The position numbers and the translations under genes are program-made. Of a stretch of DNA of 64,000 bases, positions 22,363-32,661 are shown piece by piece (the stretch's first letter is position 1; the number at the start of each line of letters is the position of its first letter). Origin of the DNA: Synechococcus sp. GTDB lineage: Bacteria > Cyanobacteriota > Cyanobacteriia > PCC-6307 > Cyanobiaceae. The notes below the pieces were generated by a model. The model worked only from the letters and a program-made list of their open reading frames with translations, ran no database searches and had not been told where the DNA came from. The stretch spans positions 288,001 to 352,000 of the forward strand of contig JBJBDL010000003.1 of assembly GCA_047285305.1 (NCBI GenBank), read 5' to 3'.

Positions 22363-24060
22363 TCAGGAGAACGTAACGGCAACGATGGCGGTTGAAGCCG
22401 ACATCGTGATCGTCTTGGTGTTCGCAGCATCACCGAGAGCTACAACCAGGTCGTCAGAACCACCTTGGACAAACAGGTAGTTGATGTTGGATCCATCACG
22501 GAAGACAACAGCAGCACCAGCGGTGGTCATCTGCGAATCAACGTAGCTGGCACGGGCAGTTACGTCAGCAGCGTAAGTAGAAGTGAAAGTGACGAAACCG
22601 TTCGATGCAGTTGCATTGGTTGCACTGAAGGAACCGGCATCTGTGCTTCCGGGGAGATAGTTGAACCGGAAGGTATCAACAGTGCTTCCACCCATGAAGG
22701 CGATGGTGTCCATCGCGGTCAGAGTCGAATCTGAAGCAGCGGAATAACCGAAGGTAAACGCTGCGCCAGATACGACATCGGCGGTATCAGCACTGAAGAC
22801 GTCAGCACCAGCGCCACCAAAGACGGTTGCTGCAGTACCACCTTCGTGTCCACCAGCAGAAGAGATGTCTGAAGCGAACTGGATGGTGTCGTTACCGCCA
22901 CCGCCATAGATGTAAGCGTCAGAGACATCAGAGGCAAAGGTGCCGGAGAACATCAGCAGGTCATTGCCAGCACCCAGCTGAATTTGGCTGCTGTCAAAGT
23001 CACCACTGAAGTAGACCGAGTCATCACCAACATTGGTCTGAACAAGGACACCACCGCCGGCAACAACTTCTGCAGTAATGAGATCATTGCCACCCATACC
23101 TTGGATGGTTACTGCAGTTGCGTTTGCAGCTGAGAAGGTAATGGTGTCATTACCGTCATAAGCATCGATGGTGTTGAGAGCATCACCAAGAATGAGGGCT
23201 GCAGTTGCAGTGGAGGCAACGTCAACCGTCAAAGCATCGGCGCCACCACCACCAGCAACGGTGCTGCCAATGGCATCTGCGTCGAAGTGGGTAGTGATGG
23301 TGTCATTACCACCGCCACCAAGGACGTATACCGAGCTAACAACTGTGCTGGCGTCAGAAGAAAGGGTGATCGTGTCAGCACCCTGGCCGCCTTGCACGGT
23401 GGTGGCTTTGATGATGCCACCAGCATCGTGGCTTAGATCGATCGTGTCGTTACCAGCACCACCGTCGAAGAAAGCGGCGTTGATAGTTGCTGCAGTTGTG
23501 TTGGTGGCAGACGCAGCAGATTGATCGTTATAGGTCCAGAAGCCGATGGTGTCGTTGCCAGCACCACCTGCGAGCGTGGATGCGCTCAGAGAAATAACTT
23601 CGTTGCCAAGGAAAACAGAGTCATCACCTGCGGCTGCGTCAACGGTGCTGCCAACTACGTAGCGAACACTGCGTTGTGAGGTGAGGAAGGCTGCGGTCTT
23701 AGCAGAACCAGCAACGGAGAGGGAAGTAGAGCCAGTGTTCACGGCCAGAGTGTGACCGGTGATAGTGGCTGAGAAGGCGTAGGTAGCGCTGTTACCTATG
23801 AGGTGGCCACTAAGAATGGTTGAAGCACTTGCAGTCGCACCACCACTTGCGTGGAAGTCCATCGTGACTGTCTGCGTGATGGCTGCAGATGCAGTAACGG
23901 TGTCACCGAGTGCAGCGAACGAGATGACGTCGTTGCCAGCGAGACCGTAAACGTTTGAAGCGGACTGCTCAGCGGTCTGACCAAGCGCAAGTTTGATCGT
24001 GTCTGAGTTGACGGAGGCTGTAAGAGTTTTTCCAGCCGAAGGAATGCCGTAAGAGGCCAT
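22363..24060 (-). CDS. RTX-repeat (GGxGxD) Ca-binding secreted surface / S-layer-like protein
   Basis: About 13 GGxGNDTI-like repeats; Ala/Thr/Ser/Gly/Asp-rich, no Cys, no Sec signal; adjacent to T1SS genes. Confidence 0.85.
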   Translation of the reverse strand: MASYGIPSAGKTLTASVNSDTIKLALGQTAEQSASNVYGLAGNDVISFAALGDTVTASAAITQTVTMDFHASGGATASASTILSGHLIGNSATYAFSATITGHTLAVNTGSTSLSVAGSAKTAAFLTSQRSVRYVVGSTVDAAAGDDSVFLGNEVISLSASTLAGGAGNDTIGFWTYNDQSAASATNTTAATINAAFFDGGAGNDTIDLSHDAGGIIKATTVQGGQGADTITLSSDASTVVSSVYVLGGGGNDTITTHFDADAIGSTVAGGGGADALTVDVASTATAALILGDALNTIDAYDGNDTITFSAANATAVTIQGMGGNDLITAEVVAGGGVLVQTNVGDDSVYFSGDFDSSQIQLGAGNDLLMFSGTFASDVSDAYIYGGGGNDTIQFASDISSAGGHEGGTAATVFGGAGADVFSADTADVVSGAAFTFGYSAASDSTLTAMDTIAFMGGSTVDTFRFNYLPGSTDAGSFSATNATASNGFVTFTSTYAADVTARASYVDSQMTTAGAAVVFRDGSNINYLFVQGGSDDLVVALGDAANTKTITMSASTAIVAVTFS

Positions 24061-24099
24061 GAAAATCGGTTGGGCAGTCAGCCCAGAATCACCGATCGA

Positions 24100-24128
24100 A
24101 AGGTATCACGCAGTGGTAGTGCCGTCAA
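24100..24128 (-). promoter_or_regulatory. Sigma70-type promoter of the RTX gene
   Basis: Minus strand TTGACG (24128-24123), 17-bp spacer, TG-extended TACCTT (24105-24100), about 40 nt upstream of the ATG. Confidence 0.65.
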
Positions 24129-24196
24129 TGGAAAAAGGAAGCGCGGCGCGAAGTTAGACAGGATATGAAAACATTGGGATGACAGTAAAAAATGTG

Positions 24197-25234
24197 TCAC
24201 ACAGATGAAGAGGCATCAGAGTAGAAGGGTGCTACGCGGTCAAGCGATAAATCAGGAGTTCCTTGACGCTCCTTGACAGATTTGATTACTGATTTGTCAG
24301 CACCAGATTTGGATGCAAGATCTAGGTAAGAAGAAGCCAGTCGGAACTCATTACGCATGTGAGCGAAATTAGAGAGATTGATAAACAGTGAGGAATCTGT
24401 GGAGCCGAGGGCAATAGCCGTAAGAGCACATATCTCTGCATCTTTGTAGGATTTTAGAGAGATATAAGCATCCGAAGCAATTGAGTAAAGCACAGGATTC
24501 GTGCCAACTAATAGATAGATAGCCTGTATATCCTTGAGAGCAGCAGAAGGATTAGACTGTGCGAGTGAACGTGCTAATGTAATCCTTTCCTGAATTTCTT
24601 GAGAAGAAAAATTTGGTTTAACCTTGGATTTAGCAGAATCCTTTTCAGCATGGTGATCAACTTCAGCCTTAGAAAAGGCATAAAGAAGAGGATCTATCGC
24701 TACTGATAGCTCATATTCAGACCCATTAAGTGATACATGCTGTGGAGGACTGGATAATGCCTCCTCTTCGAGAAGTTTTAAGCGATTAAGGTTAGAGAGA
24801 ATATCTGCTTCGTTGACAGGTTTATTGCTAAGAGCTTTATTGAGAAGATCACGTGCTTCTGGGAAATTGCCATTATCGATCAACAAGTTGGCATAGTTAT
24901 TTGCCAATAAAGTGTCATTCGGAAAAAGCTGTATTGCCTCCTGAAATATCTCTTTAGAAGCTTCGAGATCGCCCTTTCTACGTGCAGCGGCGCCCCACGT
25001 AGCAAAAAACTCGGGCAAATGCTTTAAAAGGCTATAAGAAGAGCGTGATGCAGAGACCGCATCTGCATAAAGACCCAGGTGAAAAAGGGAGATAATGTAG
25101 AAAAAGGCTGAATTAGGATCTACAGCTTGGATGTCTGTAGAAGCAATATTTTCATAGGAATTCTTAATTTCGAGCCAGGATTGTTGATTGTAGAGGTCAA
25201 GCCAATCAATCTCTGTCGCAATTTTTGGGGACAT
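24197..25234 (-). CDS. TPR-repeat protein
   Basis: WGAAARRKGDLEAS..FQEAIQLFP, LANNYANLLIDNGNFPEA TPR units. Confidence 0.8.
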   Translation of the reverse strand: MSPKIATEIDWLDLYNQQSWLEIKNSYENIASTDIQAVDPNSAFFYIISLFHLGLYADAVSASRSSYSLLKHLPEFFATWGAAARRKGDLEASKEIFQEAIQLFPNDTLLANNYANLLIDNGNFPEARDLLNKALSNKPVNEADILSNLNRLKLLEEEALSSPPQHVSLNGSEYELSVAIDPLLYAFSKAEVDHHAEKDSAKSKVKPNFSSQEIQERITLARSLAQSNPSAALKDIQAIYLLVGTNPVLYSIASDAYISLKSYKDAEICALTAIALGSTDSSLFINLSNFAHMRNEFRLASSYLDLASKSGADKSVIKSVKERQGTPDLSLDRVAPFYSDASSSV

Positions 25235-25235
25235 G

Positions 25236-26990
25236 TCAATTGGTTTTGAGTGAAAGGTTGCGTTGATCTTTTAACCATATCTTAGCATCTAATATAGCTG
25301 AATCCCAGTCACCTGACGAATCTTGGTAAGAACATTGAACGTCCTTATACCAATAACTGCCTTGATAAATTGACGGATCAATCCATCGCCAATCACTCTG
25401 GTTGCTAACCAAACAAAAAGTAGGTTTCATCAGCATGGCAGCAGCATGAACAGTGGTATTAGCGACTGTCAAAACACAATCAACCGCATCAACCTGGGGT
25501 AACCAACCAATAAAATCAGAAATTGGGTCTACAGAATCATCATGGATTATTGGAACTCCTGTTTTGGAGGCGGCTCTGGAAACAACATTGGCATCATCGC
25601 CGTACTGCAAGCTAACAAAAGTAAGACCATCTAGATCAAGAGACCGAAGAATTTGAACAAGATTAATAGATTTTTTTTGCTGACGATCTTTGGTTCCGCC
25701 TCCTTGCCAACTAACGCCAACAACCAGTGGTGAGTCATAACTTGATTGGCTAAGATATGATTTCCGAAGTTTCTTTGATAATTTAGAGGGAATTGAGAGA
25801 ATAGGTTCTTGAGGGGGAGAGTACGATTGATAGGAATTTATAAAGAATTTAGGAAGGGAACCGACAGGGATTTGGTAAGAAAAGTGGTCGGGACCAAGCG
25901 AAGAGACATCATCGCGGTTCATATACTTAATATTGTTCGGCAACTGAGAATATTTGCGATAAACGTCTAACAGACGTCTTCCGGGCAAGAAATATATAGT
26001 CGCAGATGAGTCAATGTGTGATAAAAGGGTTGAGAACATAATAGTATCGCCAATTGCTTGCTCGGCATAAACAAGGATATTTTTTCCAGCAAGGTCAGAA
26101 CCATCCCAAATAGGTATATCGTCGTAAGAGAAAATTGGTTGGAGACAGCGTTGCCAACGCTGGGGTGTATTTGTTGGAACAACTAGACCATGTTCATATA
26201 ACTTCCATCCATTTTTCATATCACCAGCTTTGAGAAGATTGATAGCATTATTCCAACTAGCAGAATGCCATCTCTTTATGTCATCAGCAGATAATTCAGG
26301 GTTGTTATTTTTGATCGATTCGGAAAGGAGTAAGTCGGCTTTCTTATAATATCCATAGGCAACATCGGTATCACGCAAAATCGTAAAAGTCTCGCAAAGA
26401 AGTGCATACAAACGCAAATTGCCTATAAGACTAGTAGGCTGATAGAGATCAATATCCTTTTGAAGGGAGCTGATTAGGCTCTCAGATTGAGTTTTAAGTT
26501 CAGGATATATTGAATTAATCTCGAGTGCTGTATTGAGCAAGTAGGGCAATAAACGACCTTTTTCTGATTTGTCGGATTTTAGATAAAATGACAGAAGCGA
26601 ACGATATGCCAGACACGGTAGCTTTAAACCACGCAGTGAGGCTGTCATTCCTAGAAGAGATGAAAGCGATGTTCTGTCTAGGGAAAGTGATAAACGTAAG
26701 GAATGAAATGCCTTTGAATATTCCTTGAGATCAAGATAAATATTTCCCTGATTTAGCAGGATGGAAGAATCATGAGGAAATCGTGAAAGGCCAAGCTTTG
26801 CGACTTCTAAGCCCTCTGACAACCTATTCTTGGAGCGCAAGCAGGAGATTAGATTTTGAAAAACATGATTAGGTACATCAGGTAGCTTCAGCAGCTGGTT
26901 GTATAGAGCTATAGCCCTATCAATGTCACCGTCAGCATGTGATCTGATAGCATTCTGTAGAAGCGCATGAACGTTATCAGAGGTGGACAT
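25236..26990 (-). CDS. TPR plus GT-B (GT9-like / FlbA-like) glycosyltransferase
   Basis: N-terminal TPRs; GWKLYE, LAGKNILVYAEQAIGDTIMF, VGVSWQGG, FVSLQYG, VLTVANTTVHAAA, DWRW motifs. Confidence 0.8.
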   Translation of the reverse strand: MSTSDNVHALLQNAIRSHADGDIDRAIALYNQLLKLPDVPNHVFQNLISCLRSKNRLSEGLEVAKLGLSRFPHDSSILLNQGNIYLDLKEYSKAFHSLRLSLSLDRTSLSSLLGMTASLRGLKLPCLAYRSLLSFYLKSDKSEKGRLLPYLLNTALEINSIYPELKTQSESLISSLQKDIDLYQPTSLIGNLRLYALLCETFTILRDTDVAYGYYKKADLLLSESIKNNNPELSADDIKRWHSASWNNAINLLKAGDMKNGWKLYEHGLVVPTNTPQRWQRCLQPIFSYDDIPIWDGSDLAGKNILVYAEQAIGDTIMFSTLLSHIDSSATIYFLPGRRLLDVYRKYSQLPNNIKYMNRDDVSSLGPDHFSYQIPVGSLPKFFINSYQSYSPPQEPILSIPSKLSKKLRKSYLSQSSYDSPLVVGVSWQGGGTKDRQQKKSINLVQILRSLDLDGLTFVSLQYGDDANVVSRAASKTGVPIIHDDSVDPISDFIGWLPQVDAVDCVLTVANTTVHAAAMLMKPTFCLVSNQSDWRWIDPSIYQGSYWYKDVQCSYQDSSGDWDSAILDAKIWLKDQRNLSLKTN

Positions 26991-28175
26991 TTGAAGATTT
27001 TGTTCCTTCATCATAATTATCCTGCACAATTTGGTTTTTTACACGAAGAAGCTAGAAAACTTGGATACGATTCTAAATTTCTATGTGAAACGGCACCGTG
27101 GGACCATCAAAGCTATCGAGGTGTTGAAAGGTTGTTTACGAATAATAGCATAGCTCCGAAAAGGACATCGATGCATTCACAGATTGATTGTGGATATATT
27201 TATTTGAAAAAGATGCAAAAGATGTTATCTGAGGGATTCTATCCGGACGTAATCGTATCGCACACAGGCTGGGGATGTGGGTTGTTCGCGAAATACATAT
27301 TTCCAGATGCCCGTTTAATCTCATATTGCGAGCTATGGTTTAATGCAAGTATCAAGGAATATCGAGGCATAAAAGAACAATTCGAGCTGGAAGAAAAGCA
27401 AAGTCTGTCAATGTACAAACGTAATATCACGCAATCAAGTGAGCTAAGTCAATGTGATGAAATCGTCTGTGCGACATATTGGCAAAAGGATCTATTACCA
27501 GAAAGATTAGCCAAAAATGCGCATGTAATTCACGAAGGAACGGATTGCAGCTACTTTGTCCAAAATGATCAATGGAAAAAAGGGGAAAAGAAGCTAATAA
27601 CATATGCAACAAGGGGAATGGAGCCTATGCGAGGTTTCCCGGAATTCATAAGCGGAACAATAGAATTCATGCGGCAACACAAAGAAGATTTTTCAGTAGA
27701 AATTGCAGGACAAGATAAGGTTTTCTACGGTCAACAAGGAAAAGTTTCCTATAAAAAAAAGGCACAGATTAAGATAGAATCAAACCAACTGACGAAAGAC
27801 ATAGTGTTTAGAGGAAGGCTAGAAAGAAAAGAATATGCAAGATTGCTAAAACGATCGCATATACATTGCTACTTTACAAGAGAATTTGTACCAAGCTGGA
27901 GTTTAATAGATGCGATGTCAACAGGCTGCCTGCTCGTAGTAAATAAAACAGCAAGTGTAAAAGACATTCTGCCAGATGATGGTGTTGTTTGGATAGATGA
28001 TATCACTCAAGAATCGATCCATAATGGCTTATGCGAAGCCATGGAACTTATAAACAGGGAGCCAAAGAGAGTAGAGATGATGAGAAACAAATGCAGAAGG
28101 AATGCGGTAGAAAAATTCGAAAGAAAGGAAAGTATTGAGAAATGGTTTAAATTAATTAGGGAAGGAAGATTATGA
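26991..28175 (+). CDS. GT4 family glycosyltransferase
   Basis: LFLHHNYPAQF N-terminus, PDVIVSHTGWG, TYATRGMEPMRGFPEF, SWSLIDAMSTGC; TTG start at 26991 (alternative ATG at 26967). Confidence 0.85.
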   Translation: MKILFLHHNYPAQFGFLHEEARKLGYDSKFLCETAPWDHQSYRGVERLFTNNSIAPKRTSMHSQIDCGYIYLKKMQKMLSEGFYPDVIVSHTGWGCGLFAKYIFPDARLISYCELWFNASIKEYRGIKEQFELEEKQSLSMYKRNITQSSELSQCDEIVCATYWQKDLLPERLAKNAHVIHEGTDCSYFVQNDQWKKGEKKLITYATRGMEPMRGFPEFISGTIEFMRQHKEDFSVEIAGQDKVFYGQQGKVSYKKKAQIKIESNQLTKDIVFRGRLERKEYARLLKRSHIHCYFTREFVPSWSLIDAMSTGCLLVVNKTASVKDILPDDGVVWIDDITQESIHNGLCEAMELINREPKRVEMMRNKCRRNAVEKFERKESIEKWFKLIREGRL

Positions 28176-28193
28176 AAAGATGACAAGCGATAT

Positions 28194-31148
28194 TTACTCG
28201 AATACTTGCTGATTTTTATAAAGAGAGGCATATCTTCCACGCTTGGCTAATAACTCGCTATGCGATCCAATCTCTTCCAAATAGCCTTGATGTAATAAAA
28301 GAATAACATCGCTAGACATAACTGTTGAGAGACGATGAGTAATAAAGAACACAGTACGGCCTAGAGCCCATTTTTGTAAATTATTACATAGTTGACGTTC
28401 AGTTTCAAAATCAAGCGCACTTGTAGCCTCGTCCATCACCAGTAATTGAGGATTAGAAAGTACAGTACGCGCAATGGCTATTCTTTGGCGTTGACCACCA
28501 GATAAGTTAGAGCCCTTTTCAGTTATTTGAGTCGCATAACCCTGACTAAGACCCATAATAAACTCATGAGCACAAGCAATCTTCGCAGCCTCAATAATTG
28601 CTTCAGTCGGGGCCTCAGGATAATTCAATGAGATGTTCTCAGCAACAGTGCCTTCAAACAATAGAGAGTCTTGTGGAACAATTCCTATCTGACGTCTAAG
28701 ACTTGCTAACTCAACTTTAGCAATATCGTAATCATCGATAAAAATACGGCCTGAATCAGGATTATATAACCTAGGAAGAAGCTTCATTAGAGTACTTTTT
28801 CCACTTCCACTCTGACCGACAATACCTACAAAGCTACCTTTATCAATAGTGACGCTGACATTGTTAAGTTGCTTGGGACCTTGCTTGCCAAAACGAAAGT
28901 CAATATCCTCAAAACGTATGTCACCTTTGATTGGTGGCAATGAAATCTGGTTGCTATCAAGACTAGAATTTAATTCAGGGTTTTGATCTACGATATCTCC
29001 AAGTCTTTCCATAGAAAGCTGTACAGATTGAAATCCCTGATAAAGGCCTGCAAGCTGAAGTAAGGGACTAGTTACATTTCCTGCAATAATTCTAAAAGCA
29101 ATCAATTGGCCCAAAGTAAAGCTGCCTTCGATGACAAGGGACATACCAACCCAAAGGACAAGTAAACCACTTACTTGATTCAAGAAACGGCCGATTTCAC
29201 CTGAGGTAGAACCAAGTGCAGCACTCTTAAAACCTTCAGTAACAAATCTGCGGTACCGATCTTGCCATTTCCAACGTGCAGTAAGTTCAAAGTGTTGAGC
29301 TTTTACAGTTTGAATACCACCAATAATCTCAATAAGATGGCTTTGGGTACTAGCTGCAGCTACTGCACGCGCACGTATCAAGGTTTTGTATATGGGCGCA
29401 ACACCAAAGACTAGAAGCATATATAGAGGGAGAGTAGAAAGAGCAACAACACTAAGTAGCGGAGAATATATAAACATAACAACTAAATATAAAGCAGCAA
29501 AAAGAATATTTAGTATAGAGAGCAGGGCCGTACCAGTCAAAAAGCCTCGAATTGTATTTAGTTCGCCAAGCCTCTGGCTAAGCTCTCCAACAGGACGCTT
29601 TTCAAAATAAGATAGAGGAAGAGCAAGTAGTCGATCTATAACAGCACTACCAAGCGTTAAATCCATGCGATCTGTAGTGTCGACAAAAATATAAGTTCGC
29701 AGAGCTTGCAGAATGCCTTGAAATAAAGCAAGCAAAACCATCGTCGATCCAAGAACATTTAGACTAGTTAAGTTTCCTTGGGTGAGGACTTTATCAATAA
29801 TTTGCTGAAGTAGCAAAGGTATTGCTAAACCAAAAAGTTGGGCCAGCAATGAAGATACAAAGACGAGGACTAAAGCGCGCTTATACTTTTTAAGAAGTGG
29901 AGTAAACCAACTCCATCCAAATCTAGATGTTGGAGTCGAAGAAATACGTCTAGAAATGACGAATCGAATATCTTCAGGAAGATCTGAAGAGAATTCTTGA
30001 ATAGGTATATTCTCAATACCCCTGTTGGGATGTGAGATAATCGCTCTATTATTCTTTACGCCAAAAAACACGATTGGAACATCATTATATATAAATACAG
30101 CAGGCCCTTCTACACCTCTTAGGTATTTCTTATTTGTAGTACCAATTTGACTTGAAAGGCCAAGTATCTCGCACATGGAAGCAATAAGTTCCAATGTCAC
30201 AGACTTTCCACGCCGAAATTGATCTTCGAGGATCTTTGTAAGGCTGTCTGGCCTAAAGGGGACTTTCTGTGTAAGTGCTACGGTTTGACAAACAGCTAGA
30301 GTTTCCTTAAGTTCACCGTGGCCACTAGTGTGTGGATAAACCTGGTCAGACTCAAGATTATCTTCCTCTAATATCCCAAGCTGATAGAGATCTACAGTGC
30401 CAACATCCTGCTTAGTTGGGGTGGCTTTGACCTCTTGAGAAGGATAATTAGTACGTTCGGAGACCGGAACACCAATCAACCTAACAGGGAGTTTTGAATC
30501 AGTCCTGAATGGAATAGAGGACTCATTAGGAAGATAAACAGTCCCAGGGTCATAACCAGGGATACCACTAGTGCTTACAAGCCACTGCCAATCATTAGGG
30601 AGAGATTCGAGTACATTTAAATTATCTCCTTCAAAAATACTAACAACCTTTGCTTGAGAACACCGATGAGATATTTCATCTTGCCAACCACTCTGGCGTT
30701 GCCTATGCATTAATGCAGATGCAAGAACAACCTCATGTGTCTCATGAATATTAGGGAGAGATTTAAAATAATCAAGAAAGGAGTCATTATCATGCAATAA
30801 AGAGACGAATGTACGTGCAGGAAGTGCTAAAACAGCAGTATTGGTACTTGAAATAACATGTTCGGTCGGGCCACACCTTAAAAGGGAAGCCCAGCCAAGC
30901 AGCTGCCCAGGACCCCTTGTACAAAGCGAGATAGTGGAATTTGAAGAAGGGTCAGAGCCAACTAATCTGATAGACCCCTTAAGTACTAAATAAAGATGAG
31001 AATTGATTTCGTCTGGGCGTAATAAACGTTGTCCAACGGTAAAGTTGACTACGCTAGATTCCTGCAACCAACCTTCTAATTGAGCGGGCTCCAGAAGAGA
31101 AAAGGGGGGCTGGCCAGATATTTGAGCATGAATATTAGAAATGTCCAC
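28194..31148 (-). CDS. hlyB: Type I secretion ABC transporter (HlyB family) with N-terminal cNMP-binding and C39-like regions
   Basis: LYLVLKGSIRL..GPGQLLGW cNMP domain; ABC membrane domain; GQSGSGKST, LSGGQRQRIAIAR, DEATSALD. Confidence 0.93.
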   Translation of the reverse strand: MDISNIHAQISGQPPFSLLEPAQLEGWLQESSVVNFTVGQRLLRPDEINSHLYLVLKGSIRLVGSDPSSNSTISLCTRGPGQLLGWASLLRCGPTEHVISSTNTAVLALPARTFVSLLHDNDSFLDYFKSLPNIHETHEVVLASALMHRQRQSGWQDEISHRCSQAKVVSIFEGDNLNVLESLPNDWQWLVSTSGIPGYDPGTVYLPNESSIPFRTDSKLPVRLIGVPVSERTNYPSQEVKATPTKQDVGTVDLYQLGILEEDNLESDQVYPHTSGHGELKETLAVCQTVALTQKVPFRPDSLTKILEDQFRRGKSVTLELIASMCEILGLSSQIGTTNKKYLRGVEGPAVFIYNDVPIVFFGVKNNRAIISHPNRGIENIPIQEFSSDLPEDIRFVISRRISSTPTSRFGWSWFTPLLKKYKRALVLVFVSSLLAQLFGLAIPLLLQQIIDKVLTQGNLTSLNVLGSTMVLLALFQGILQALRTYIFVDTTDRMDLTLGSAVIDRLLALPLSYFEKRPVGELSQRLGELNTIRGFLTGTALLSILNILFAALYLVVMFIYSPLLSVVALSTLPLYMLLVFGVAPIYKTLIRARAVAAASTQSHLIEIIGGIQTVKAQHFELTARWKWQDRYRRFVTEGFKSAALGSTSGEIGRFLNQVSGLLVLWVGMSLVIEGSFTLGQLIAFRIIAGNVTSPLLQLAGLYQGFQSVQLSMERLGDIVDQNPELNSSLDSNQISLPPIKGDIRFEDIDFRFGKQGPKQLNNVSVTIDKGSFVGIVGQSGSGKSTLMKLLPRLYNPDSGRIFIDDYDIAKVELASLRRQIGIVPQDSLLFEGTVAENISLNYPEAPTEAIIEAAKIACAHEFIMGLSQGYATQITEKGSNLSGGQRQRIAIARTVLSNPQLLVMDEATSALDFETERQLCNNLQKWALGRTVFFITHRLSTVMSSDVILLLHQGYLEEIGSHSELLAKRGRYASLYKNQQVFE

Positions 31149-31155
31149 AATTCAA

Positions 31156-31926
31156 TCAGAATCCAGGTGAAGGGTTAGAAGTTGAGTGTGCATCTACAAT
31201 ACACTTATTGAGATAATTTACAGTGCTCTCTGTCCAAGACGCAAGCTGCTGACTTAATAAGTAATCCTCAGCAGTAGTGTCAAGCTCGCATGGGCGAAAT
31301 TCCTTCAGTTGGATTAGAGAATAAAAACTACCATGACGATATGGACCTGTAAGTACATCAGTATTTAATGTTGGTATGACTTGGGCAAGCCCAAAAGGCA
31401 GCTTAGACAACGGTGTGAGTGAAATCAATCCACCTTGGCGAGCCTCCGGGCCCTCTCCAAACTCTAGAGATATGGATCGGAATGTAGATTCTTGATTTTT
31501 TATACGGTAGTAGAGTTCCGTTATTAGTTCTTTATCCTTTACCCTTAAAAGTAAACAACTGGCTTGATCAAGTTCAGTTTTTTGACTGAGAAATAGCGAG
31601 CCAAGAAGATGACTCCATTGCTGGCGTGCCCAGAAGAGACAAGCCGGCTGAACAGCAAGCTTGAATCTCACATCTTCGTTAGTTAGAGAATCACTAGCAG
31701 AATTATTTTGATCAACCCATTGCTTAATCTGCTCATCAGTAGGAAAAAAGTTCGGATGATCCTGCAGAACAATAAGTGCTAGATAACGCCTGACAAAGTA
31801 ACGCAGGTACGCACGCATTAACCCAGACTGATTGAGGATGGTTCGAGAAAAGCGGATGCTCTCAATGAGTTCATCGATTTTCTCTTTCTGGATAAAATCG
31901 ACCGGATTAGGATCGACTGGAAGCAT
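31156..31926 (-). CDS. Parvulin/PpiC-like peptidylprolyl isomerase associated with T1SS
   Basis: ELYYRIK..ESTF..ISLEFGEGPEARQGG..GP motifs typical of the cyanobacterial HlyB-linked PpiC-type proteins. Confidence 0.75.
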   Translation of the reverse strand: MLPVDPNPVDFIQKEKIDELIESIRFSRTILNQSGLMRAYLRYFVRRYLALIVLQDHPNFFPTDEQIKQWVDQNNSASDSLTNEDVRFKLAVQPACLFWARQQWSHLLGSLFLSQKTELDQASCLLLRVKDKELITELYYRIKNQESTFRSISLEFGEGPEARQGGLISLTPLSKLPFGLAQVIPTLNTDVLTGPYRHGSFYSLIQLKEFRPCELDTTAEDYLLSQQLASWTESTVNYLNKCIVDAHSTSNPSPGF

Positions 31927-31988
31927 GACAGGTCCGGAAATGGCGTTGTATGTGCAAGAATAGTGCCTGAACAGGTGATCCGTGAAAA

Positions 31989-32654
31989 GTGGCAGTCATC
32001 TCCGACGAGCAAAAAGCATTAAATCGGGCTCTGCACGAAGGAAACAGCAACTTCGGCAATAGAGGAGATGCAGCCGGATTCGCAGGCGAGAGCTTGGGCA
32101 AGGCTCTCAGTCGGATGCACGAGCTTGGGGTCTGCAACTCATTCTTAGACTACGGTACAGGCAAGGGAAAGCTGGTAACAAGGCTTCGAAAAGAAGTTAA
32201 GTCCCAGATAAAAATCATGGGCTATGACCCAGCTGTAGATGAATGGGAAGTAAAGCCAGAGGAACCAGCAGACATTCTGAGCTGTTTAGATGTATTAGAA
32301 CACATAGAGATTTCGAGCATAGATGATGTCCTAAGTGATATTCACAAACTTACAAGAAGATTCTGTTATCTCGTAATTGATCTTCAACCTGCGGTCAAAA
32401 CGCTTGCGGATGGAAGAAACGCGCATATTCTACTTGCACCAACAGATTGGTGGATAGGGAAGATAGCACAACATTTTAATTGTCAAACAAGTTTTCCTGT
32501 ATATCATACACGGGGAGTAATTCAAAAGCTTGTTATAGGTGCCGCTCATAATGCATCTGATCTGCCATATATGTATGGTTTTCTCAGCAAGCTCAAAGTC
32601 TTTAATATAAGGATGACTGGTGGCACTATGGGTGTAGCGAAGACAAAGAAATAG
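31989..32654 (+). CDS. Class I SAM-dependent methyltransferase
   Basis: FLDYGTGKG, GYDPAV, CLDVLEHI. Confidence 0.85.
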   Translation: MAVISDEQKALNRALHEGNSNFGNRGDAAGFAGESLGKALSRMHELGVCNSFLDYGTGKGKLVTRLRKEVKSQIKIMGYDPAVDEWEVKPEEPADILSCLDVLEHIEISSIDDVLSDIHKLTRRFCYLVIDLQPAVKTLADGRNAHILLAPTDWWIGKIAQHFNCQTSFPVYHTRGVIQKLVIGAAHNASDLPYMYGFLSKLKVFNIRMTGGTMGVAKTKK

Positions 32655-32661
32655 GGACAAT

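Noticed and set aside
22363..24060. Naming the RTX protein swmA
   Set aside because: Architecture is analogous, but orthology cannot be verified from sequence alone and it appears shorter than SwmA as I recall it
28194..31148. Bacteriocin/RiPP exporter interpretation of the peptidase-domain ABC transporter
   Set aside because: No clear catalytic C39 Cys motif, no double-glycine precursor or modification enzyme nearby; an RTX substrate is present instead
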